61,338 bases of DNA from Girardia tigrina (lineage: Eukaryota), in NCBI GenBank assembly GCA_001938485.1, contig MQRK01246197.1, forward strand, positions 36,150 through 97,487, read 5' to 3'. This document shows, piece after piece, positions 24,830 to 37,730 of this stretch (its first letter is position 1; each line of letters starts with the position of its first letter). The position numbers and the translations under genes are program-made. A model generated the notes under the pieces. That model was not told the DNA's origin and did not search any database. It saw nothing but the letters and a program-made list of their open reading frames with translations.

Positions 24830-27800
24830 TTTTAAAAGATAATATTTTTAGATCATTCGGCAAATTAAAACAAAATATTAGTTGATATATTTAGTAAAAA
24901 TGCAATCTAATTTAAAATTATTAAAATAAATATGGATAATTAAAATGGGTATTCAAATATGTCGTGGGGGGAGGCAACGATGGAAAATAAGTTTGCCTAG
25001 CTCATAGAAACCCAAAATGCAAAAACCATAATCAACAACGAATAAACAAACTTGATTTATCGTCGTCAAATCCATTATATGTAAAGTAAATTAAAATTTT
25101 ACTGACTAAATGTGGCAATGTAATCAATTTCTCATCCTGTATAAATCTTTTAAAATATCTTTTCGCTTTCTCTACTTGTCTCTCTCACTCTCTCTCTTCC
25201 ATTCTCCGTCTCTCTCCCTCTCTCACTCTCTCATTCCTTTCGGAAAAATTATCTCTTAAATTCTTTTCGAATTAAAACAAAATAACATTTAGCCCCCCCT
25301 CATCGTTTTTTTCTCGATTTTTTTCGATCGTATTTTTGTTCGATTGCTTTTAATATTCGTCAGAAAAACACCTGCAAAATCAATAAATGTCGAAACGATA
25401 TTAATCGTTGATCAAAATTATTATCCCGTTTTTTTTATTAATACAAATTACAGATACCGGCGATTATCAAATAATATTTTAATTTTTATGTTTCAATTTA
25501 TATTATAAAACTGTAAATTTCCCGAAATTCAAAGTTATATTTAATAAAAGTAACCTTAAAGTTGACAAACAAAAAAAGAAACAATAATCAATAAATTATT
25601 TAATGAATTTATTAATTTAATTTTTTAAAAAAAATTAGTATTTAAATAATAATAATAATAATTAATTTTATTATTATTATTATTTTATTATCCTTATTTC
25701 CGAAATTTATAATACTATAAAAAGAGATTTCAAGATACCCGTGATTTTGGTGAGCTCACATAAATTTTTGAATTTTAGTATTTAAATTATCTCAAATGAA
25801 TTTTTAAAACATTTGAAAAATTTTAGGGTTGAAAATATTTTAAATTAAAGTTTAAAATGAAATTTTATGAATAAAAACATAAGAAAACTTTGGTTTAGGA
25901 TTTTTATTAAAATAAAGATTTCTTTAAAATAAAAGTTTTATAATTACAAAAATGAAAAAGTTTAGTTTAAGATTTTTTAAAAAAATAATAAAACTAATGT
26001 TGTCAAATTAATTTTGGAAATTCCCAAGAAATAATAAATTAAGTATTCGTATTTATATTTCATTATATTTATCTATAAATGGTTTGTGCAAAAGAAATAT
26101 TGTTCCTCGAAAATGTGTTAAAAAATATGTTACTGTGTTGTATTAATAAAACTTTGGTTTTATGACTTCAACATTTATTTCGAACCTAACAATTATAATT
26201 GGATATTTTTAATGTGTTCAAGAATCGAATGTGAGGATTCAGATGTTGATTTGATTTGGCTGACTTATTTCTAACAGTTACAAATATACATTGGTTATTT
26301 AACTCAATTCTTTGTATTTCTAATCTTCATGAATTTTGAACTAATGAATTTATTTCCGTCTATCTTTTTATTTTATGAAGTGATTTGCATTCCAATATTA
26401 ATAGTAAATTATTTGGCCATTAAATTCTTATACATTTCTATTTTAAATATTTTAATAAAGAGATAAATTGTTGTTAAAAAGGCGTTTGTTTAAACGCGTT
26501 TATTTGAATAGGTCGATGTTAAAGATATCTTTATGGTTTCGACTTGTGTTAATGCTGAAGATTATAATTGTTTTCATTGTGAAAATGCGTCACCTCGCCC
26601 TCAATGGTGTAATTATTTGGATAAAATGATTTATAAGTATCGTAAATTGACAAAAAATGAAATAGCTTTACGTGTGGAAATTAATTGAATGATAGAACAA
26701 TTTCTGTAGATTAAATGAGTTGACTATCAAACCGTGGTCTTGCTCCTTAATATTTTTAGCTGATGAAAAAATGTTCCATAGCGGAATCGATTGTTATAAA
26801 AATAATAATTGAACTTCGTTAAACTGTAAAAATCAATATTACGAAAGTAAAAATCATTCTTTTGATCCTTGACATTTTCACAACACCTTACTCCCCACGG
26901 TATTAATATCGATGTCTTTGAGTACCCACCAAACCCTGCCAATCCTACTTCACTGCAACCGTGTTTCCATGCAAACATTGCGATCAATAGAATTCCAAAT
27001 AACTATTTTTTGCATCCACAGATCAATTATTGCTTTGACAAAATAAAAGAAAGATTGGAGCTTGTACTTCTCAGTGGGCTCAAAAGTGTACTGAACAAAA
27101 ATTACAGACGTTTATGCATTTGATGGTAATGCAAGTTTTTTAATCGAGTTCATGCAAATTTTTTTGAAACACATTAGCATTTGCACTGTGTTAAAGTAAC
27201 GACTCTGATTAGTCAACTAACAACCAAGATTCGCGTTACTTTAACAGAAAGAAAATTGATTAAATGACTAACAAAACTAAGCTAATCAAAAAGATATTTT
27301 TTAATGAGCTTAGTTATNNNNNNNNNNNNNNNNNNNNNNNNNNNNNNNNNNNNNNNNNNNNNNNNNNNNNNNNNNNNNNNNNNNNNNNNNNNNNNNNNNN
27401 NNNNNNNNNNNNNNNNNNNNNNNNNNNNNNNNNNNNNATTTCGAAATGAGATAAGTTCCAGAAAGTAATGTCGAATCCAAAAGTTGTTTTGTAGATTGGT
27501 CTGATAATCACCCAAGAAAAAACGGTGTTACCAGCATTTGACTGTTCTGCTTGAATTTCTTCAGTTATGCGTTTTATATTATTTCTTTTATTGCTTTTTA
27601 TTGATTTTATTATTTTTATAATATAATTATATAATTAAGCTTCTTCTTCTTGGCTTTCTTTTCTTTCTTGACTTTCTTCTTTATCTTTTAAATAATATGG
27701 TCTTCTTATTCTTCTAAATAAACTAATCCAAAAAATAAAATAAAATAATCTACAAATTTCACCAGTAAATGATTGAAAGCATAGCAGAACGCATACATAG

Positions 27801-28086
27801 CAGAAAGGCGTTTAAAATTTGAAAGTATCGTGTTGGACAAGACTAAATGTTTTTTTATCACAAAAAGAAAGGAAAGTATGAATTACATAAACAAAAGATT
27901 GCCAGGCTCATACCAAAAAAAACAAATATATTTACATGAGATAAAAAAAATAAAAATTATCTTGGTTGATAATCAGGAGTGTTACTGTGTAGTTATTACA
28001 CACTGGAAATAGTGGAGATCCTTTTGAAGATGAAAATAAAAATATCCAATTATCATGTTCTACTTATCTATTTATACTTATTAGTA

Positions 28087-28242
28087 ATTATCCTACTTTA
28101 TTTCTTCTTCTGTTCCATTTGTAAATGATGAATAAATAATTATTAATAAGTTTAGTGCTTAAGTTACTACTATATTTATTAATACTTATTTATTCATCAT
28201 TTACAAATGGAACGGAAGAAGAAAGAAAGAAAGAAGGATAAT
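28087..28242. repeat. About 155-bp imperfect palindrome
   Basis: TTTCTTCTTCTGTTCCATTTGTAAATGATGAATAAATAA pairs with TTATTTATTCATCATTTACAAATGGAACGGAAGAAGAAA, with arms of about 70 bp. Confidence 0.9.
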
Positions 28243-28704
28243 AATATCACCAAAAGATAATAAAACAAGGTCACTTGGTAAAAAAGAACAAATAATAAAA
28301 AATATACTTCTAGAAATCGTTATATATAATATATACTAATACACAAAATGGATTTCTGAATAAATAATTTAGACGAAAGAAAAACTAAGTAAAAAAAAAT
28401 ATTAATAATATTTTAATTCGATTTTACTTTGCATATTTTGGGGGTTACTGAGACTTTTTGAATGTTTTAACTTTGTAAAATAATGTTATTAACAATAATT
28501 AGAAATATAATGATCAATAAAAAGTATATATTGATTACACTGGGTAACAAATTTTTATAAAAGTCATGTTTCATGATACTTTTTATTATTTCTTAATGTA
28601 ATTTTGCTTGTTGATTCAGAAAATAAAATCAGTTTCTCCCTACATTCAACGGCTCAAAAGATAAACTAAATTTTATATAATTAACATATACGAGAAATCA
28701 GATT

Positions 28705-29090
28705 TAACTACATTACCTCTGTAAACGAATTCAAGAACATGGTCGAAAAGAGAGTAGGAGTAATATTTCAGAACATAGGAAAAAATGTAAATGTGATGTT
28801 AATATTGATAATTTCAAAATTCTGTGTAAGCATTTTGACAGTTATTGGGAGAGAGTGTCTCGTGAAGCATTGTTAATTAGGTCGCGTTGCGCAAAAATCA
28901 ATGTTCAATCGGCAGTCTCAACCAGCTTATTGAGAATATTTGATTAGCATGATTTCATGCCATCGATTACTTAATCATCATTTTTGTATTTATATACAGG
29001 TGAATTGATTATTAATCAGTGACCTGAAGATGACGGTAGATCCGTCGAAATATATTGTCGTAAAATATATTTTAAAATGAGTTTCGTTTT
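28705..29090 (+). mobile_element. Penelope-like element 3' end (GIY-YIG endonuclease C-terminal half plus 3' UTR)
   Basis: LCKRIQEH...SNISEH..KC...NFKIL...REALLI...IN.Q, stop, then a hammerhead. Confidence 0.85.
29021..29060 (+). ncRNA. Minimal type I hammerhead ribozyme
   Basis: GAC-CTGAAGA-T-GACGG TAGAT CCGTC-GAAA-T AT A-T-T-GTC. The stem III region contains the palindrome AATATATT. Confidence 0.8.
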
Positions 29091-30226
29091 CAATAAAAAA
29101 ATTTCATACGGATTTTATTTTATCAATAATCATATTTAATATAATTATTTATTTTGATTTTTTCTCTAGAATTTTTTCTTGAAGGTTCCTTGTTGACCCT
29201 AGTTCTTGAGGACTAAACTGTCTTTATAGGTATATGATGTTCACAACAAAAGTTTCGCTTCTTCAATTTGACGAACTTTTTTAATTGATTTAATTTAATA
29301 ATTTTATATTTTATTTCAGTCACAGAGTTTTAAAATAAACTATTTTATTAAATCAATTGAAAAACAAGGAAAATTTCCTCATTCTTTTTTAAAATAAGAC
29401 TTTTTAACAGTGACCCAAAGAAGACATACAAAAAATGCTGAGTACAAATAAGTCAAAATTTGCCATAGTAAAAAAAGCAGAAAAAAGACAAGTAAAGAAT
29501 AATTAAAAATTAATTGCATATATTTATAAAACAATAATCCAATTACATTTCAATAAAAAATAATGCCAACTGGTAAATGGAAATCAAAGTTACTAGATTA
29601 GATACGGAGGACTGGTTTCTATCAAAGTGGTTTTTTGAGCCGAATAAATGTTAGAGTCTTATTACAAAATGATGAGGTATAAATCTTTGATAGATTTTTT
29701 TCAAACCATTCACGCGTAAAGAAAATCTGCAACGTGAGCCAACTTGAACTATTTAATATTTGCCAAAAATTAAAAAAAAACAATCCTTTTTTAATTAATT
29801 AAAACAAATGGTATGATAAATAATAATAATAAAAATAATAATAATAATAATATTTTTATTATCTTGTTTATGTTTTTAATATTTATTTTTTCAAGCAGTA
29901 ATAGTGGAAAATATTAGAAAAAAATTATTACTTTTCCTTTTGGTTGTAAAATTTTATTTTTTAATATTTAAAATTTATTGTATTATTTAACAAAAATATT
30001 GTTTGATATTTATTTGATTCAACTTGAATTTTTGGGAAAATATATTTGTTTATTAATAAAACGCTTTATAAAATAGTTTAGATATAGTTTTAGAATTAGT
30101 TTTAGTTTAGAATTAGTTTTGGAAATAAATTTTCCGAAGATGTTTTTAATACATTTGACACAGATGATCTAAGCCATTAAATCGTATCAGTAAAATTGAC
30201 TATCAGTAAAAAATTATTTTAAAATA

Positions 30227-30668
30227 TTAAGTTATTGCAAAAGGAATGCATGTTTTTGATTTTTTTGTATTTACCGTAATGTTATACGACTAAAGCATTT
30301 ATGATATTATGAGTTATTCGAAAGCTTAATTTATACTCTTTCAGATATATTTGTCTAAAACTTATTATAATCTTTCTTTTGTTAATAATTTTAATTTTAA
30401 TTACAGATGTCAAAACGTGATTTTCGCAACATCTACTTCTATGATTTCAAGCTAAGACGTAATGATGCTCAATTTGCTCGAAAAGTCAAAGAAGTTTGGG
30501 ACAAGGGAAATGTCAACGAATGAACGGTGCAGCGATGGTATTAAAAGTTTTACTCTGGCAATACCTTGCCAGAGCTTGGCAACGAGCCTTATGGCAGATG
30601 CCCATCGACGATTGACATTTGTTTAAAGTTTAGGTTCAAAACCCTGCATTGCTTTTGCAACAACCTAA
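30227..30668 (+). mobile_element. Internally deleted mariner (cecropia/Hsmar1-like N-terminus)
   Basis: Degenerate TIRs TTAAGTTATTGCAAAAG / CTTTTGCAACAACCTAA with TA flanks. Translation MSKRDFR...YDFK...TVQRW..KF.SG. Confidence 0.8.
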
Positions 30669-30676
30669 TAGTTACA

Positions 30677-32078
30677 CAGTGTGTTCAAAAAGTAACTGTG
30701 CACCTGCAATTTCAAAACAAGAACGATATCCTGTGTTCTAAAAATCAATAACAAAATATTTTGAATAGTCAATTTTATGTGAAGAACAATGACCNNNNNN
30801 NNNNNNNNNNNNNNNNNNNNNNNNNNNNNNNNNNNNNNNNNNNNNNNNNNNNNNNNNNNNNNNNNNNNNNNNNNNNNNNNNNNNNNNNNNNNNNNNNNNN
30901 NNNNNNNNNNNNNNNNNNNNNNNNNNNNNNNNNNNNNNNNNNNNNNNNNNNNNNNNNNNNNNNNNNNNNNNNNNNNNNNNNNNNNNNNNNNNNNNNNNNN
31001 NNNNNNNNNNNNNNNNNNNNNNNNNNNNNNNNNNNNNNNNNNNNNNNNNNNNNNNNNNNNNNNNNNNNNNNNNNNNNNNNNNNNNNNNNNNNNNNNNNNN
31101 NNNNNNNNNNNNNNNNNNNNNNNNNNNNNNNNNNNNNNNNNNNNNNNNNNNNNNNNNNNNNNNNNNNNNNNNNNNNNNNNNNNNNNNNNNNNNNNNNNNN
31201 NNNNNNNNNNNNNNNNNNNNNNNNNNNNNNNNNNNNNNNNNNNNNNNNNNNNNNNNNNNNNNNNNNNNNNNNNNNNNNNNNNNNNNNNNNNNNNNNNNNN
31301 NNNNNNNNNNNNNNNNNNNNNNNNNNNNNNNNNNNNNNNNNNNNNNNNNNNNNNNNNNNNNNNNNNNNNNNNNNNNNNNNNNNNNNNNNNNNNNNNNNNN
31401 NNNNNNNNNNNNNNNNNNNNNNNNNNNNNNNNNNNNNNNNNNNNNNNNNNNNNNNNNNNNNNNNNNNNNNNNNNNNNNNNNNNNNNNNNNNNNNNNNNNN
31501 NNNNACGGCGGCATGTGCAGTTCCAACGGATACACTCACTTCTTGAGATAAACGGCGCATTGACTTTGTTGGACTCTGGCTCATGGCTTTCGAAATAACA
31601 TTGACTTTTTGCTCCGTTAAAATAGTTGGTCGACCTGAGCGGGAGGTATCATGAACGGATCCAGTTTCTCTGAACTTGTTCACTAACGCTCGAACTGCAT
31701 TTCGATGAGGTATTGCTGTTGCGGGAAACTTTTCGGCAAATTTTTCCTTCACTGCTTCTGTGTATTCATCATTCGCACGAAAGACATGTTCAATCAAAAA
31801 TATTCTCTCCTTCGTTGAGAAAACCATTTTCAATTGGAATTAACTTCGCAATAAATTGACTTTCGTCAATGATTAGATTAAATATCAAAATGATATTTTT
31901 TTAAAAAATTTAAAACGCTCAGTGTCAAAGTCAAAGTGTGTAGGTATGTTTTTTGTTCACGAATATATTTCATAGTTCGATTTCATAGAAATTTGCATTT
32001 AAAAAGTCTGCTACAACGTTGATTATCTAAAAATAAACCAGACAATGAAAAGTGCACAGTGACTTTCTGAACGCACTG
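30677..32078 (-). mobile_element. Tc1/mariner-superfamily element with DUF4817-type HTH transposase (partly in gap)
   Basis: TIR CAGTG(T/C)GTTCA(A/G)AAAGT(A/C)ACTGTGCAC at both ends. ORF from 31833 reads MVFSTKERIF...KFRETGSV.D..RSGRP. Confidence 0.9.
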
Positions 32079-32994
32079 TATATGATCATGTTAAAAAACG
32101 ACTAACACGATGTTTTCAATAGGTTGTTTCAAGGACATATACTTACCATGCACAGAGACTCGTTGACCGTTTATGTTGTGCAGATAGATAGTGGGTTGTA
32201 AAAATAATTCTTGAACTTTACTATCTAAAAATTTCCAAAGCTTTGGTTTTTGAACATTAGAAGTGTCTGAAGGCAAAAATGCCATCCTGCGTTTCATTTT
32301 GTAACTCCGATAATACAATTCGCGACAGCTCGTCTATGATTCCAAATAGAAATACTAAAAAGCAACTCTCTCAGTTCGTATTATTTCTAAGTTGTCGACT
32401 GCACATATGTGAACTTTCAAAATATAATAGAAATATCTTTATCTGTTCTTGTTTTAGTCACATAATTAATATAAATATTTATTTGTAAAATCAATATTTT
32501 TTATACATAAAAGTTTATTATTATAAAGCGATTTGTTTCTATGCATAAAGAAAGTTGATTATTTTTGATAGAAATTTAAATATAAAACAAACTATGATGG
32601 CACAGTTCAACCTTTTCCTTGTTATGGAAGCTGTGAGGAATTGGGGAAACTCTTCTAAATTTTTTAATTGAAATTTAGTTAAACAACTTTTTAAAATAAA
32701 TACAATATTTAAATACAAAATTAAATAATAATCACGTCAACTTAAAGATAAAAAAATATTTAAAATTTACACTTAGTTAAAACATTTATATTTACAATTT
32801 ATTTTGATATTATTGGTTTGTACAAGAAAAATGAAAAAAAGTGTTCCTCAGAAATTTAATAAAACAAAACTAATTTCAATATTATATTATGTTGTTGTAA
32901 TAAATAAAAGTTTCAAAAATGTCTTTTTCTGAATTTTCATCAGAAAACAACCAAGAACCTAGCAGAAGCAATATACTATCTAGCCGATAGTAGA

Positions 32995-33745
32995 ATAAAC
33001 TGCGGAGGAACAAGAATAGCAAACCTACAATTTGCTGATGAAATAGACCTAATTGGTAAAGATGAGGCAGAGATTCAGGAACATACGAATAGATTGCACA
33101 GTGTTAAAAAATTGGAATGGAAATCAACAGAGAAATAAGCACAATAATAGTTTCAGGAAGCTGTAACAACGATATTAAACTGAAGAACCGAAGAAGAAAT
33201 CAGAAGCCGGGTTGGTATTGCAACAATCCAAATAATAAAGCTTAGCACAGTTTTTAACCTCAAAGAAATAAATCTCAAGAGCAGAATAAAATCACTAAGG
33301 CTATTGTCTGGGCAACACTCCTCTATGGATGCAAAAGTTGGACAATAAATCAGAAGAGTATGGATAGACTTAAAGCGTTTGAAATGATGTGCTACAGGAG
33401 AATGCTGAAGATCACGTGGAAAGAAAAGAAGTTCAACGATTTTGTCTAGAGGAGAGTGACAGAAATACTAGATAAAAGTCCGGAATCAATAGAAGAGACT
33501 ATCAAAAGAAGGAAGCTAAAATTCTACGGACATCAGATGATAAAACAAGCACTAGTAAAGGTTATGATTGAATGAAGAGTAGAAGGAAAAAGACCGAGAA
33601 GAAGACCAAAGAGAAAAGGGACAGACGACTTAAAAGAATGAGGAGGATTGTACATGGAATGTCTGAGAAGAGAGGCTACAAATGGAGAGATGCAGCGAAG
33701 GCTTGTGCATAACTGGGTGCACTCACGGCTCAACGGCTAAAGTCC
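32995..33745 (+). mobile_element. RTE-clade LINE reverse transcriptase 3' fragment
   Basis: NLQFADEIDL (F/YADD), GMEIN, LLYGC.SWT, AFEMMCYRRMLKITW, KLKFYGH and GKRPRRRP. Confidence 0.88.
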
Positions 33746-33884
33746 AAAAGAAAGGTGATGACCGATATTGTAATTTTTAACAAAGAATATTGTTGGTAGT
33801 ATTGCAAATTATTTAATTAATCCCGGTTCCGAGGATGAATATACATTCACGACGAAAGAATATATCTAGCAATTAATCAGATAT

Positions 33885-34285
33885 AAATATTCGAGAATTT
33901 CGTTGATGCAAATGAAGCGGAACGGAAAGTCATTATTTCAAAAAGCTGTCTTTTTTATCGACAGAAATTTTGTTGTTGGAGAGCACTAAATAAAATTGAA
34001 AAGAGTTACGTGTCCGAATATTCGTTTATCAAACTCAAAATCTGGTATTGCCCCTGGCAAATCGAGTGCATCAATCAAGCCTTTCAGACCGACAGCATCT
34101 TTGAGAACACGCAAGCCGTCATACTTGTTATCCTGGCACAAGAGAATTACACAGTCGCCTTACACAGTTAAATGCAATCATCAATTTTGCCTGGAATAAG
34201 ACAATAAAATTCGAAGTCTGTATTCAAAACGTAGATTCACTAAATGAAGATCGTAAAATTGGCACCGAGTGGGACGTCATTGTTG
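33885..34285 (+). pseudogene. RRAGC/D: Ras-related GTPase RagC/RagD (Gtr2) intronless pseudogene fragment
   Basis: With frameshifts it reads RISLMQMKRNGKSLFQKAVF..EILLLEST/NKIEKSYVSEYSFIKLKIWYCPWQ...IFENTQAVILVILAQENYTVAL/TQL...FEVCIQNVDSLNEDRKIGTEWD. This is collinear with RagC [20 protein letters not shown]...LESTNKI...SF.NFQIWDFPGQ...VIDAQDDYMEAL...[22 protein letters not shown]. Confidence 0.88.
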
Positions 34286-34329
34286 TTTTTTAAAAGTGGA
34301 CTACGAAAATAAATCTATTTTTCATGTGA

Positions 34330-34800
34330 AGTTATAATTCATTAGGGGTTTGTAAAACTTTTAGGAAAATTTCAGGTTTTTCTCGGTTTGATTTTCTTTC
34401 CATTGATTTGTACTTCTTTGAAGCATTTATGCAACCTGTTAGTTATTTTAAACGACAAATATCACATCATCAAGGTATATCTGTTTCCTTTTATATTTTT
34501 TAGTCTTTCAGTTGTATAGTTTTCTATACATTTTTCTATTGCATCAATATTGACTGAAATTTTACGATTGAACCGAAGTTTGTTTTCCAGATTGATGTAC
34601 CCATTCAAAATGTTTCTAAAACAAGATCCTCCCACACCAAAAAGGATCTCAGGTTTTTTTCCACATTTAATACTGTTTTCCAATAGTGTTTAATTACCGA
34701 ATTTATGGTTTTCCAAAAAAATATTCTACACTTTTCAATGGCTAAAAAATATAAATTTAAACAACAGCTTTAACAAGACATTTTTATATGCATACTCGTT
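34330..34800 (-). mobile_element. Possible L1/Tx1-clade LINE C-terminal fragment
   Basis: Minus frames contain KV.NIFWKTI, ILFG and IWK, resembling the post-RT zinc-knuckle region. Heavily decayed. Confidence 0.35.
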
Positions 34801-34804
34801 TATA

Positions 34805-35430
34805 TAAGAAGGATGGCCGAAAGAAATGTCGATCTGGACAAAAGCAAACAACTTTTTGATTTTATAAAAGTAAATGCAATCAAATACCGAGCAATGATTA
34901 GATACTTATTTCGACCAAGAAACGTATGAGGAGATTAACAGTTAATTGATCGATGTTTATGGGGACTTCGCATCAATTCTAAAATATTGGAGAAGTTCAT
35001 TTAAATGCGCTTGTAGAAGCATTTTTGATGGTGAGTCTCCAGGCCGTTATAATAAGGTGACCAGATCATATAGGATTTATAGTATCGTTGGAATAAAGAC
35101 TTACAACCAGCAAATGAACAGAACATATTTTTAACATTTTCCATGAATATCTGAGAATGTGGAAGTTATCTGCATAAGGATGTCGCATTCGCCATCTGAA
35201 GACAACAAATACAATCTTTTAATTATTTCAAAGTAGTGTATGACAACATTAAACCGTAATGAGATACTATTTTGAGTCGACTTGTGGCAAAGAATGAAAT
35301 ATTAATACATTTTTAGCATACCAGGGACCCAGATACAGTCAAAATATGTATTCCTCATGAATAGATGTTAAAAAAACCAAGTTATATTTATGAGCCAACA
35401 AGGTCTCGGCCACAGATTTTTGAAATACAA
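34805..35430 (+). pseudogene. Decayed mariner (irritans-like) transposase
   Basis: IKYRAMIRYLF...VYGD...KYW...FK....IFD.E.PGR. Confidence 0.7.
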
Positions 35431-35454
35431 ACCATTTGAATATTAAGACAACTA

Positions 35455-35974
35455 TACAAATTTCCCTCACTCTTCAGTGACAAATGTGACACGAGAAAAA
35501 ACATTTTCCACTCTGACCCGAATTAAAACCCAATACCAGAAGTACCATGAACAACAACCGACTAAAGGGTCTCGCGATGCTGTCAATGCACTGTGACGTT
35601 TCAATCAGGGCTGCTAAAGTGCTGGAAAAGTTTGGCCAATCCCAATGACGAATGAATTTTTTAATATAAAATTAGCTCTTCTATATCAATCTCTCATACA
35701 ATCATTATTATCTTTATTAAATATTTTATTCTTTACAACTTATGTAGATTACACTGTAATTTATATGCCCAACCTCTCTTCGTTCTTGCTAAACAATAAA
35801 AAATACAGAAACGTTATTTTATAGGAACACGAAATCCTTAACGATGTCAGTGTGTATGTGCGCGCGAGAGTGATTATGTGTATGCATGTATGTGTGTGTG
35901 CGAGACTGAGTGCGACTGAAAGTTTGGCTTATTCATCATTATCCCCCCCAAAGCGAAATCCTGGCTACACCCTG
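35455..35974 (+). mobile_element. hAT (Tip100/ZMYM1-like) 3' end
   Basis: VT...EKTFSTL.RIKT..RSTM...RL.GLAMLS.H, ending CCCCCC..AAATCCTGGCTACACCCTG. Confidence 0.8.
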
Positions 35975-36184
35975 TGCAAACTGTATACTTTAACAGGACA
36001 TTACAGTCACATAAGTATATTATACAAAACTGCAACTGAAACAAATGCAACCTCATTTTTCAAAGAAAAACAATTGTAACCCGAATACTTATTATTTGTA
36101 CTTCGTTTAAAGTAATTTAAATATAATCTTACTTTGAAAAAAGAATTATTTGGAGACAAACTCAAAAATAAAATTTTGTATCAT

Positions 36185-36630
36185 TGTGATTATGAGGGGT
36201 TATTTTAAATTTGCATTAAATAGTTTATTATTTTTTTAATTTGAAAATTCTAAAAAAAAGTAAATTAAAATATAAAGTAAAGATATCATAAAAATTAAAT
36301 ACTTATTTAAAATATGCTTGCAGTCATAACAATTGATATATTTTAATAAAAGTTATGAAATAAGTTTAAATAAATTTTAAAATAGACAATTAACGGATTA
36401 ATATTTTAAGAAATAATTTTTTAATAGTACATTTAAATTAATTAGTTTTTATGTTAAAGTTTTGTAAAAATGCAAGAATTATTTTAAAGTTTAAATTTCG
36501 TAAAATTTCGTAAAAAATGTAAAAATTATTTTAAAGTTTAAAATTTAAAAAATTTCAAATCGAAAAAAAATTAATAGATTAATTTTTGGCGAAATAATTG
36601 AATTAACAAGAAATTTGTTTAAATATTTAT
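36185..36630 (+). mobile_element. Head of the AT-rich cassette family (downstream ORF absent)
   Basis: TTATGAGGGGTTATTTTAAATTTGCATT at 36190 and AATTAACAAGAAATTTGTTTAAATAT at 36601. Alignable with 59195-59680 throughout. Confidence 0.7.
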
Positions 36631-36759
36631 TTATTAAATATTTATTTATATTTAAAAGAATTCCAAAATTTTTTATTATTAGTACACAATAAGTCTAAGC
36701 ATAATTTTAAAACATTATGTCCATTTCGTTCCACACACTTAAGCCTACTAATAGTTCAC

Positions 36760-37730
36760 TCAGAAAACGACTTTTTGAAAAATTCTTAAGGGCCTGCGGA
36801 GAGAAAGTCCTCCACAGTAATCTTCAAACTATCTTTAGTTCTAAACTGGATGCCTCTCGAATATCTTTAGGTGCCTGATGAGGTAAAAATCTCTCAGTCA
36901 AAAATCTGGGTTATACGGCTGATGATCCACAAGCAACAGTCCAGTACCGTCAATTGTGGCCCGAGAAATGCCCACTGTGTGCACTGGTGCGTTATCGTGA
37001 AGAAACTATAGTGGAGTGTTCTTCTGTTTCGTCTTTGTTTGGCGGTTACACACTGTTGGCTTTAGTAGACAGCCTCGATGGTGATGTCTTTGCCTGTGAA
37101 ATCAATGAGAATAAAACCTTTATGATCTCAGAAAATGGAAAGCATCATCGCTCGTCCATGACTTTTTCAAAGTCGTATCTTCAAAGATGGCTTTTCTTCA
37201 GACAGCTTCCACTCTGCTAACTCAAGCTTTGTTTCCGGCCAATACATAGTGAGTGGGGTGTCGTTCTCTATAATTCAATCTGCCAGGAAAGTCTTACTTT
37301 GCTGGTCCCAAAGATTCAAGTTGTTCTGACTGAACAATAAGCTGATTTGCATCATTTCAACAGTGAAGAATTAGGGTATGAATCTGGAGCATATTTCTCT
37401 GATGCCAATGGATTTAAATTTTGGCGGGCTATACCATCACTGATGCTGAGCTTTCTTTGACAACATTTTCATCGTAATTTGAAGCTTTTCTTGACCACCT
37501 TGTCCAATTTTTCATCAACTGAGTCAAACACTTCTTGAGGCCGACATGATTTTCTTGATCAAAAATTGAGGTGAGACCACCTATAAACTATCTGACCCAA
37601 TATTTAACAGTTGTCAGAGATGGAGAGTCATATAGATAAGTGGACTGCAAAAGATCGTATATTTCACTGCACTTCTTCTACTGCAACACAAATAACTTGA
37701 TAACGCTGCGATATTCGACATCGAAAATCA
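36760..37730 (-). pseudogene. Decayed mariner (irritans-like) transposase
   Basis: EYRSVIKLF...EIY..L..TY..DSPSLTTVKYW...F..G.TSIFD at the start, with HDNAPVH and Y.PDF motifs near 36900-37000. Confidence 0.75.

Noticed and set aside
29576-29655. MEIKVTRLDTEDWFLSK as a Bro-N-like domain
   Set aside because: Only about 17 residues of loose resemblance before a stop, which is not enough to call.
12854-31598. Long ORFs in the track that are mostly X (12854, 13919-14388, 23223, 27264-27515, 30738-31598; also 57639-58053)
   Set aside because: Artefacts of translating through N gaps. Only the 31833 minus frame has real transposase sequence.
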